From: Bacteroidaceae bacterium
GTDB taxonomy: Bacteria; Bacteroidota; Bacteroidia; Bacteroidales; Bacteroidaceae
NCBI GenBank assembly: GCA_017472905.1
Contig: JAFUNW010000033.1
Location: 1-35,178, forward strand
Direction: 5' to 3'
Length of the DNA stretch: 35,178 bases
Both the position numbers and the translations under genes were made by a program. Numbering within the stretch: the stretch's first letter is position 1; every line of letters starts with the position of its first letter. Shown one piece after another: positions 10,311 to 18,001 of the stretch. The notes below the pieces were generated by a model that did no database searches, was not told the DNA's origin, and was given only the letters and a program-made list of their open reading frames with translations.

Positions 10311-10356
10311 ATAAACGACTTATGCAGGCCGAATTCGGCCTGCATAAGTCGTTTAT
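10311..10356. terminator. Perfect 46-bp palindrome, likely bidirectional terminator between convergent genes
   Basis: ATAAACGACTTATGCAGGCCGAA|TTCGGCCTGCATAAGTCGTTTAT. Confidence 0.75.
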
Positions 10357-10378
10357 TTTATAGTCGGGTTGCTCCGTT

Positions 10379-10969
10379 TCACCAACTGGTAGTTCCTTCA
10401 AAGATGGTGGCCTCTTCGTATGGGTAGAGGTAGCCATTCATGGTTAAGGTGTTTCCGTTGAAATTCGGACAGATGTATATGCTGGCCTCGTTGGTTCCTC
10501 CGGTCAGGCTAAGGTTTAGTGTGGCCGAGATACCTGCTCCGCTGATGGAAAAATTGTAATAGACGTTTCCCTCCTTGTCACGTCCTATTTTCCCGGCCGA
10601 AGTACTGCCTTCTACCGTTATTCCACCCAGTCCGTTCGGGCTGTAGACAAAATTATTGAAAGCAGTCTGTACAGTACCTTCCCCATTGTGTACAGCTACG
10701 TAGTTGGTGTTGTTGGAGACGAATCGGGTAAGTCCGTTGCGGAAAGTCATGTTGTCAGCTTCCAGGACCCAATTTCCCTCTTCGATGGCTTTGACTGCTT
10801 TGATGAAAGCTATGGAGTCCTGAATACTTTCGAGTGCTTTTGCTTCTGCCCGCCTTTTGGCGCGTGCTTCCCGCCAGGCCTGTTCGCGTTCTTTGCGAGT
10901 TGATTGAGCTGAAACCATTTCACTGCCAAGCAGACAAAGCAGTGTTGCGATAAAAAAAACATTCTTCAT
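10379..10969 (-). CDS. DUF4251-type exported protein
   Basis: Signal peptide ending VSA|Q; WVLEAD...VSNNTNYV...GTVQTAF...NGLGGITVEG pattern typical of this Bacteroidetes family. Confidence 0.7.
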   Translation of the reverse strand: MKNVFFIATLLCLLGSEMVSAQSTRKEREQAWREARAKRRAEAKALESIQDSIAFIKAVKAIEEGNWVLEADNMTFRNGLTRFVSNNTNYVAVHNGEGTVQTAFNNFVYSPNGLGGITVEGSTSAGKIGRDKEGNVYYNFSISGAGISATLNLSLTGGTNEASIYICPNFNGNTLTMNGYLYPYEEATIFEGTTSW

Positions 10970-11049
10970 AATCCGTTGCGTTTAGGTTATTATATGATAC
11001 ATTCAAAACAACGAATTAAGAAGAATGTTCAGCAAAGATCCGTATTTGT

Positions 11050-11937
11050 TTAATCGATGAACCGTTGTGTTAATGGGGCGAATTGGTCTATTCGGCGGTC
11101 GCGAAGGAAAGGCCACCATCGTCTGACGTTTTCAGATCGGCTCATGTCTACCTCAACCAATAGGTTCTCTTCGCTATGATTGGAAGCCTGCGCTAAAATT
11201 TCCCCTTGTGGACCTGCTACAAAGCTGTTTCCCCAAAACTGAATGCCGTTGGTTTGTCCGGATGGGTCCGGTTCATGCCCGACACGGTTTACGGCAATGA
11301 CCGGAAGTCCGTTTGCTACGGCATGTCCGCGTTGTACTGTTATCCAAGCACCCAATTGGCGTACTTTTTCTTCGTCTGTATCGCTACTTTCCCAACCTAT
11401 GGCTGTCGGGTAGATTAGTAATTCGGCTCCTTGCAACGCCATGAGTCGTGCTCCTTCCGGATACCATTGGTCCCAGCATACCTGTACGCCTAATTTCCCG
11501 ACCGAAGTTTCAATGGGTTTGAATCCCAAATCTCCGGGAGTAAAATAGAACTTTTCATAATAGGCCGGATCGTCCGGTATGTGCATTTTGCGGTACTTTC
11601 CGGCAATGCTACCATCTTTTTCAAAGACAACAGCCGTATTATGATAAAGTCCGGGAGCTCTTTTTTCGAACAACGAGGTTACTAACACCACTTGGTGCAT
11701 TGCTGTTATTTCGCTGTAAAAGCCGGTTGAAGGTCCGGGTATCGGTTCTGCCAAATCGAAGAGCGAAGTATCTTCTGTCTGACAGAAATAGAGGGTATTG
11801 TGTAATTCTTGTAATACAATCAGTTCTGCTCCGTGTGCAGCCAAGGAAGCGATATTCTCATTGAGTCTTTGCAGATTGTAACGTAAATCCGTACTGTTTG
11901 CTTGTTGTACAAGGCCGATTTTTAATGTTCTCTTCAT
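11050..11937 (-). CDS. aguB: Carbon-nitrogen hydrolase, N-carbamoylputrescine amidase-like
   Basis: Nitrilase triad motifs LQELH, YRKMHIPDDPAYYEKFYF, VCWDQWYPE; C-terminal WPFLRDRR. Confidence 0.85.
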   Translation of the reverse strand: MKRTLKIGLVQQANSTDLRYNLQRLNENIASLAAHGAELIVLQELHNTLYFCQTEDTSLFDLAEPIPGPSTGFYSEITAMHQVVLVTSLFEKRAPGLYHNTAVVFEKDGSIAGKYRKMHIPDDPAYYEKFYFTPGDLGFKPIETSVGKLGVQVCWDQWYPEGARLMALQGAELLIYPTAIGWESSDTDEEKVRQLGAWITVQRGHAVANGLPVIAVNRVGHEPDPSGQTNGIQFWGNSFVAGPQGEILAQASNHSEENLLVEVDMSRSENVRRWWPFLRDRRIDQFAPLTQRFID

Positions 11938-12098
11938 TGTTTGGTATTTTTAATATTGGAGAAAAGATACAACAAAGAAACGAAAATGAGCCTGGAATAG
12001 GGGAGAATGTGTCTTATAATTGCAATAAAGCCGTTTATCTTCCGAATGATAGATGGGAGAATCTTTCTGTTTTTCTCCAAAGTTTCGTGATAAAGCTG

Positions 12099-12106
12099 TA
12101 CCTTTG
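12099..12106 (+). promoter_or_regulatory. sigma-A -7 element TACCTTTG for sufS
   Basis: TAnnTTTG about 28 nt upstream of ATG 12135. Confidence 0.65.
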
Positions 12107-12134
12107 CAGTTCAAAAAAGATAAGTTTTATAATC

Positions 12135-13349
12135 ATGTACGATATCAGCAAAGTTAGAGCCGACTTTCCTATTTTGGAGCGCAAAGTGTATGGGAAACCG
12201 TTGATTTACCTTGATAACGGAGCTACCACGCAGAAACCTCGTAGTGTCGTGGACGCAATGGTGGAAGAATACTACAGTGTCAATGCAAATGTACATCGGG
12301 GTGTGCACTTCCTTTCGCAACAGGCTACCGAATTGCACGAAGCCGGTCGGGAAACCGTGCGCAATTTTATCAATGCCCGTACGACCAACGAAATTGTCTT
12401 TACCCGAGGTACGACCGAGAGTATCAACTTATTGGCATTTTGCTTTGGAGAAGAATTTATGAGCGAGGGTGATGAAGTCATTATCTCTACGATGGAGCAT
12501 CACAGCAACATTGTCCCTTGGCAATTGTTGGCTGCGCGCAAAGGAATCGCCATCAAAGTCATTCCGATGAACGACCGGGGCGAATTACTGATGGATGAAT
12601 ACGAACGTCTCTTCAGCAAACGGACCAAATTGGTCAGCGTAACCCACGTCAGCAATGTTTTGGGAACGGTCAATCCGGTCAAAGAGATGATTGAAAAGGC
12701 TCATGCACACGGTGTTCCTGTTTTGATAGATGGGGCACAAGCGGTTCCCCACATTGCTGTAGATGTACAGGATTTGGATGCAGACTTTTATGCTTTCAGT
12801 GGACACAAGGTGTATGGGCCAACCGGCATTGGTGTTCTCTATGGCAAAGAGGAATGGCTTGACCTCCTGCCGCCCTATCAAGGAGGAGGAGAGATGATTC
12901 AGACCGTTACTTTCGAAAAGACAACCTTCAACGAACTTCCTTTTAAATTCGAAGCCGGAACACCCGACTACATTGCTACTACAGCTTTGGCTCGTGCTCT
13001 TGACTATGTAACAGGACTTGGCATGAATCATATTGCAGCCCATGAACACGAACTTACACAGTATGCGATGCAGCGTCTTCGGGAAATCCCCGGCATGCGA
13101 CTTATAGGAGAGGCTGAACAGAAAAGCAGTGTCGTCTCTTTTTTGGTCGGAAACATTCATCCTTTCGACATGGGAACCCTGCTCGACCGTCTTGGAATTG
13201 CTGTTCGTACCGGCCATCATTGTGCCCAACCGTTAATGCACCGCTTAGGCATTGAAGGAACTGTCCGTGCATCGTTCGGACTATACAATACACGCGAAGA
13301 GATAGATACTCTCGTTGCCGGAGTAGAAAGAGTAAGCAACATGTTCTGA
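12135..13349 (+). CDS. sufS: Cysteine desulfurase SufS (group II, PLP-dependent)
   Basis: YLDNGATTQKP, ANVHRG, MEHHSNIVPW, FSGHKVYGPTGIG, RTGHHCAQP. Start moved to MYDISKVRADFP (12135). Confidence 0.93.
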   Translation: MYDISKVRADFPILERKVYGKPLIYLDNGATTQKPRSVVDAMVEEYYSVNANVHRGVHFLSQQATELHEAGRETVRNFINARTTNEIVFTRGTTESINLLAFCFGEEFMSEGDEVIISTMEHHSNIVPWQLLAARKGIAIKVIPMNDRGELLMDEYERLFSKRTKLVSVTHVSNVLGTVNPVKEMIEKAHAHGVPVLIDGAQAVPHIAVDVQDLDADFYAFSGHKVYGPTGIGVLYGKEEWLDLLPPYQGGGEMIQTVTFEKTTFNELPFKFEAGTPDYIATTALARALDYVTGLGMNHIAAHEHELTQYAMQRLREIPGMRLIGEAEQKSSVVSFLVGNIHPFDMGTLLDRLGIAVRTGHHCAQPLMHRLGIEGTVRASFGLYNTREEIDTLVAGVERVSNMF

Positions 13350-13398
13350 TTGTTGCAAACGGTTGATTTTGCTCTTTGGTTATCCTCTTTTTAATCTA

Positions 13399-13514
13399 CG
13401 GCTTGCTCTTGAAAATCTGCCGTGCAGCAGACTTCTGTCCGCCGTGCAGCAGATTCCCGTCTGCTGCGCAGCAAAAAAGTCTCCGCCGTGCAGCAGATTT
13501 TCAAGAGCAAGCCG
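13399..13514. repeat. 116-bp REP/MITE-like element: 22-bp perfect terminal inverted repeats around 22-bp-periodic internal repeats
   Basis: CGGCTTGCTCTTGAAAATCTGC (13399-13420) / GCAGATTTTCAAGAGCAAGCCG (13493-13514); GCCGTGCAGCAGA at 13419, 13441 and 13485, plus an inverted variant at 13460-13472. Confidence 0.8.
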
Positions 13515-13921
13515 CACTTTTTTATGAGCTACCTTCTCTTTGATTTTTTCCCTACGCTTTCTTGTCGTTTTTGGCTGATTCAGAAGCTTGTCTCCCCTCG
13601 GCCTAAAATGTGGCTTGTTGTTTCTGTATTATAAAAATCAATTTACAATATCTGCCATCTTCTTTCCGGCTGTTTATGCCGGATTGTAGCGTTTTGTTAT
13701 TTGAGGAAAAGAGAATACGCTTTGCGAATAGGGACTATTCCTCTTTTACAATTGCCTTATTCTCTATAGATTACCTAAAAGTTCTTAAAAAAAAGTGTTT
13801 TTTAGGCGATACTTATTGCATAATTCCTGTAAAACAGATTCTTTTGCAAGAATAAATACAATAAGGACCGTAGAATTTAATGAACGAAATCTCGTAAATC
13901 ATAAACAAAAGACGAATTTGC

Positions 13922-15256
13922 ATGACAAAGAGAATCATTTCCATTTCCCTATTTTACCTGACAACCATTTTGGCTGTTGCGCAAGATTCTTTTGTGTTCA
14001 GTCTTCAATCGAACGATACAATAGCTCGCCGTTTCCTTGTTTCACCGATGGGAAATCAAGAGGGTATGTCTTCTTTAACGCCTCAAAACGGATTGTTGAA
14101 AGCTGAGCTTGCCACCCATCCGAGCGGATTTTATAATTTGGTGTCTACGAAAGGATATTCCCAGATTATCCTTCCCCTATATCTTCCTAAAGAAGAAGTG
14201 ACACCGTCCGTACTAACCTTTCATCCGGAGGGAGGATTCTCTTTTACAGGAAGTGAAGACAACAATGCACTTGCCGTATACAGTCGTTTCTGTTCTGAAA
14301 ACAACCGCGCTTTGTGGAACCTTTCCGAAAAGAACCCTGAAATATTGAAACAGATGCTTGCCGCTTTTCTCACCAAGGCAGACTCTATCGAGAAAGTATA
14401 TCGCTGCTCCCCTTCGGTGAGAGAATATCTTTCGATATGGGCTTACATCAGTGCTTTCGACAGCTATTCATCCTTGCCGCGTATCCTGAGGATAAAACCG
14501 GAAGAATTGGCATTCACTCGCGAAGACCTGTTGCCGGCTCCCCATCAGGTGCTTGATTCTCCGTTGGCAGCCTTGTTTGCCAATACTCCCGGCATTGTTT
14601 TCGCTTCGCTTCCCAATCCGAATAATTTGGATAGCGCGCTCATCTATTTGGACACACATTATACAAATAAAGAACTGAAACAAAAAGTTAAGAACGACAT
14701 AGCTCAACGCTACGTTACTCGGTTTAATTACGAGCAAGGATACGATAACGGATTGGCACGTCTGCAAGCAGCTACGGAAAAGTACGGTCTCGACAAGCAA
14801 TACGTAGAAGAGTTCGTTAAGCGCAAAGCCACCATTCCCGGACAGCCATTCCCGGAAAATGTAGTGTTGAAAGATACATTGGGAAATGTGGTAGACTTTT
14901 CCGCTTTCCGAGGAAAATATGTCTACATAGATTTATGGGCTTCCTGGTGTATTCCTTGTTTGAAAGAGGTACCCGTCTTGCAAAAATTGGAGCGCGAATT
15001 GCAGAATGAAAAACTCGTATTTCTCTCCATTTCCATAGATGCCAAAGAAGATGCTTGGAAAAAGAAAATGAAGCAGAAAAATATGCATGGCAATCAGCTT
15101 TGGAACCCGGGAAATACACTCGGTCAGGCTTTGAACGTAAAGGGAATCCCCTTTTTCATCATTTATGATCCGGACGGAAAACTCTATATGCATGGTGCAC
15201 CCCGTCCCAGTCAAGGACCCGGAGTCGTGGAACTCTTGAAGAATCTGGGGAAATAA
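13922..15256 (+). CDS. Exported TlpA/ResA-family thiol-disulfide oxidoreductase with long N-terminal domain
   Basis: Signal peptide ending AVA|Q; C-terminal FRGKYVYIDLWASWCIPCLKE...ISID...VKGIPFFIIYDPDGK. Confidence 0.9.
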   Translation: MTKRIISISLFYLTTILAVAQDSFVFSLQSNDTIARRFLVSPMGNQEGMSSLTPQNGLLKAELATHPSGFYNLVSTKGYSQIILPLYLPKEEVTPSVLTFHPEGGFSFTGSEDNNALAVYSRFCSENNRALWNLSEKNPEILKQMLAAFLTKADSIEKVYRCSPSVREYLSIWAYISAFDSYSSLPRILRIKPEELAFTREDLLPAPHQVLDSPLAALFANTPGIVFASLPNPNNLDSALIYLDTHYTNKELKQKVKNDIAQRYVTRFNYEQGYDNGLARLQAATEKYGLDKQYVEEFVKRKATIPGQPFPENVVLKDTLGNVVDFSAFRGKYVYIDLWASWCIPCLKEVPVLQKLERELQNEKLVFLSISIDAKEDAWKKKMKQKNMHGNQLWNPGNTLGQALNVKGIPFFIIYDPDGKLYMHGAPRPSQGPGVVELLKNLGK

Positions 15257-15339
15257 AGTGTGCATCACGAAAACATTGCATTCTTTGTTGAAAACGAACA
15301 AATATAAACTATAATAATCAAAATTTTAAAATCAAGCGT

Positions 15340-17895
15340 ATGAAAAAAACTACACTAATGAAGAGTGTCTTGACACTCATTGCCCTTGTCGCTTCGCTTC
15401 TTCCGGGACGCGCACAAGTAGCTTCAATGGCAGACCTGTATGGAACTTACACGTTTACGGCTGATGTAAATGTGACTGATGCCGGTCAATCTTTGACCGA
15501 CCACTTCAAGAACGATTGCGAGGTAGTCATTACCAAATGTTCTTTCGGAATTTATGACGGAGAAATTCAAGGATTGGCCGGTGCTACTGCTGCACAAAGT
15601 ATAAACGGCATTGACCTAACAGCCAACACCATCAAGATTACCAACCCGAACGGTAACGGCCTATGGGGTGGTGGATTGTATATGAGTAACACTGAGGGCA
15701 TTTATCCTTTTAGCGGAGGTTATAGCGATATTCTTTATACATTCGATCCTTCGACCAAGACCATTACATTGCCCGACTTCACTTTGGTAACTTGTGATCA
15801 TTCTGTTCCGAGTGCAACCATTGTGGCAACTTTTACCAATGCCAAATTGACTTTGGTTGAGAGTGAAAATATCGATGTCGCCGACTTGAGCGGTGATTGG
15901 CATTTTACTGCCGGCCAGGGAACCTATGATACAATGGAAGGTTCTACTCTGCCAACCGAATTCGACATGACACTGACTGCTACAGACGAAAACAAGAAGA
16001 ATTACGACATCAGTCTGACTTTGGGTGACTACGCACCTTTGGCTTTGACTGCGACATTCGATGGTGTAACTTTGACCATTCCGTTCAATGAAACTTACTT
16101 TGACGTTGAAAACAAGATTGGAATCGTGAACATGTACGGCGAAAAGCGTCCGGGAACCATTACATTCAATATGCTCAACGAGAATCTGCTTTCGCTTACC
16201 AGCGGTATGACGATAGCCCAAGACTCTATCAGTGTTGATATGAAAGGAAGATACATGCAGTGGTACATGAGCGGATCTGCCAAGAAGCAAGGAGCCGAAG
16301 AGGTTTCTACAACTTGGGATGGAACTTACACAGTGAAAGCCGGAAGCATCTATAAGGCTAAAGAAGACTATGAATATCCCGAAACCTTCGAGATGGAAGT
16401 GACTTATAATGCCGATTATGACATGTATCTTGTTACCAAGTTCTTGGGCGAAGATGTCGCTACACTCAACAACGGTGGCCTTTTGCTGACTCCTTCAGCT
16501 GATGAACCTAACAAAGCAGAAATCAAGACCGGTGGTTTCTTGAGAACCATTGAGCGTGGTGCACAATATCTTTGCTTGAAAGATATGAATCTTTCTGACG
16601 CTAACGCTACTTTGATTCTTACGCGATTGGAAGATGGTACTTACACCATTAGCGACTTCTGTGTAAGCTACATGACTTACAATACCGATTATACTCAAAA
16701 GCACGAATTGGCAGCTTTCTATCAGACTGTAACCGCCGAGAAAGCCCTGGCAGAAGAGCCTTTTACATGGGCCAATACTTTTGCAGTGAAAGTTGGTGGT
16801 GTAGATGTTTACAAGGAAATCGAAGGATACACTTATCCGACCGAGTTCGAAATGGAGGTATCTTATAATGCCGATTATGACGTGTATCTTGTTACCAAGT
16901 TCTTGGGTGAAGATTTAGTTCTGCTCAATAACGGTGGAATTCGTCTGACAGTTTCTGCTGACGACCCCAACAAGGCTGAACTTGCTACGGACAACGCTTA
17001 TTTGAAAACGATTGTTGCAGGAGAAAGCTACCTTGCATTGAAGGACATGAACCTTTCTTCATCTCCTATTACTTTAACATATAATGGTGATGGAACTGTG
17101 ACCATTGATAACTTCTGTGTAAGCTACCTGACCTATGATGAATCTTGGAATCAGCAACATGCAGCAGCAGCTCTTTACAAGGATGTAACTGCTACAATTG
17201 CCGAAGAAGAGGAAAAACCGTTGCCTACAGAGTTTACTTGGGCCGATGTCTTCACAGTGAAAACTTCCAATGTAACTGTTTATAAGGAAATCGAAGGATA
17301 TACTTATCCGACTGAGTTCGAAATGGAAGTGACTTATTATGAGGACTATGACATGTATCTCGTTACCAAGTTCTTAGGTGAAGATGTTTCTACACTCAAC
17401 AACGGTGGTATTCGTCTGACAGTTTCTGCTGACGACCCCAACAAGGCTGAACTTGCTACGGACAACGCTTATTTGAAAACGATTGTTGCAGGAGAAAGCT
17501 ACCTTGCATTGAAGGACATGAACCTTGCTTCAAATCCCCTTACGTTGACACACAACGGAGACGGAACAGTGACCATTAGCGACTTCTGTGTAAGTTATTT
17601 GACTTATGATGAATCATATAGCCAAATTCATGCAGCGGCTGCACTCTATAGCGGAGTTACGGCTTCCGGTTCCTTTGCACTCGTAGGTGTAGAAGAAGTT
17701 GAAACTGCTCCGGCGTTGAATGTTTGGTCAGCCAACGGAACCATCTATGTCGGTGGTGAAGTACAAAACATCACGGTTTACGACATGAGCGGACGCACTG
17801 TATTCTGCGGTGTTGCTTCTCAAGTAAACGGGTTGAACAAAGGATTGTACATAGTAAAAGCAGAAAATACAGTAGCAAAAGTTGCTGTAAAATAA
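15340..17895 (+). CDS. Acidic five-domain surface protein with T9SS type-A C-terminal sorting domain
   Basis: Signal peptide ending GRA|Q; five ~150-aa domains, three of them clear repeats; C-terminus ...ITVYDMSGRTV...LNKGLYIVK...KVAVK. Confidence 0.85.
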   Translation: MKKTTLMKSVLTLIALVASLLPGRAQVASMADLYGTYTFTADVNVTDAGQSLTDHFKNDCEVVITKCSFGIYDGEIQGLAGATAAQSINGIDLTANTIKITNPNGNGLWGGGLYMSNTEGIYPFSGGYSDILYTFDPSTKTITLPDFTLVTCDHSVPSATIVATFTNAKLTLVESENIDVADLSGDWHFTAGQGTYDTMEGSTLPTEFDMTLTATDENKKNYDISLTLGDYAPLALTATFDGVTLTIPFNETYFDVENKIGIVNMYGEKRPGTITFNMLNENLLSLTSGMTIAQDSISVDMKGRYMQWYMSGSAKKQGAEEVSTTWDGTYTVKAGSIYKAKEDYEYPETFEMEVTYNADYDMYLVTKFLGEDVATLNNGGLLLTPSADEPNKAEIKTGGFLRTIERGAQYLCLKDMNLSDANATLILTRLEDGTYTISDFCVSYMTYNTDYTQKHELAAFYQTVTAEKALAEEPFTWANTFAVKVGGVDVYKEIEGYTYPTEFEMEVSYNADYDVYLVTKFLGEDLVLLNNGGIRLTVSADDPNKAELATDNAYLKTIVAGESYLALKDMNLSSSPITLTYNGDGTVTIDNFCVSYLTYDESWNQQHAAAALYKDVTATIAEEEEKPLPTEFTWADVFTVKTSNVTVYKEIEGYTYPTEFEMEVTYYEDYDMYLVTKFLGEDVSTLNNGGIRLTVSADDPNKAELATDNAYLKTIVAGESYLALKDMNLASNPLTLTHNGDGTVTISDFCVSYLTYDESYSQIHAAAALYSGVTASGSFALVGVEEVETAPALNVWSANGTIYVGGEVQNITVYDMSGRTVFCGVASQVNGLNKGLYIVKAENTVAKVAVK
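16939..17526 (+). repeat. Intragenic direct repeat: 117 bp identical at 16939-17055 and 17410-17526 (offset 471)
   Basis: Base-by-base comparison of ATTCGTCTGACAGTTTCTGCTG...AAGGACATGAACCTT in domains 4 and 5. Confidence 0.9.
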
Positions 17896-17908
17896 TAAAA
17901 TGATTCTT

Positions 17909-17969
17909 TTTGAGTTTGTAAGTTTGTAACAGTCTGCAAAGACGCAAACTTACAAACTCAAAGTTTTTT
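17909..17969 (+). terminator. Long intra-operon hairpin / terminator between surface protein and susC
   Basis: TTTGAGTTTGTAAGTTTG (17909-17926) / CAAACTTACAAACTCAAA (17945-17962), inner GTCT-GCAA-AGAC, followed by GTTTTTT. Confidence 0.7.
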
Positions 17970-18001
17970 AATATCTAACAACAAACTCAATTTATCAGCG
18001 G

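Noticed and set aside
11898-12134. 79-aa N-terminal extension of SufS in the ORF track
   Set aside because: It overlaps the divergent gene start and contains the sufS promoter element; family similarity starts at MYDISK.
13399-13514. Mini CRISPR array interpretation of the 22-bp periodic repeats
   Set aside because: The 13-bp core and ~9-bp variable parts are far too short, the element has terminal inverted repeats, and there are no cas genes.
13422-14106. ORFs 13422-13634, 13610-13855 and 13795-14106
   Set aside because: They derive from the repeat element or AT-rich intergenic DNA, or overlap the TlpA gene out of frame.
16939-17526. DGR template/variable repeat pair
   Set aside because: Both copies are in-frame domains of one CDS and the shared block is identical, with no adenine-specific differences and no RT nearby.
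17909-17962. Invertible promoter (phase variation)
   Set aside because: Only 18 bp lie between the arms, too short for a typical invertible segment, and there is no recombinase in the window.
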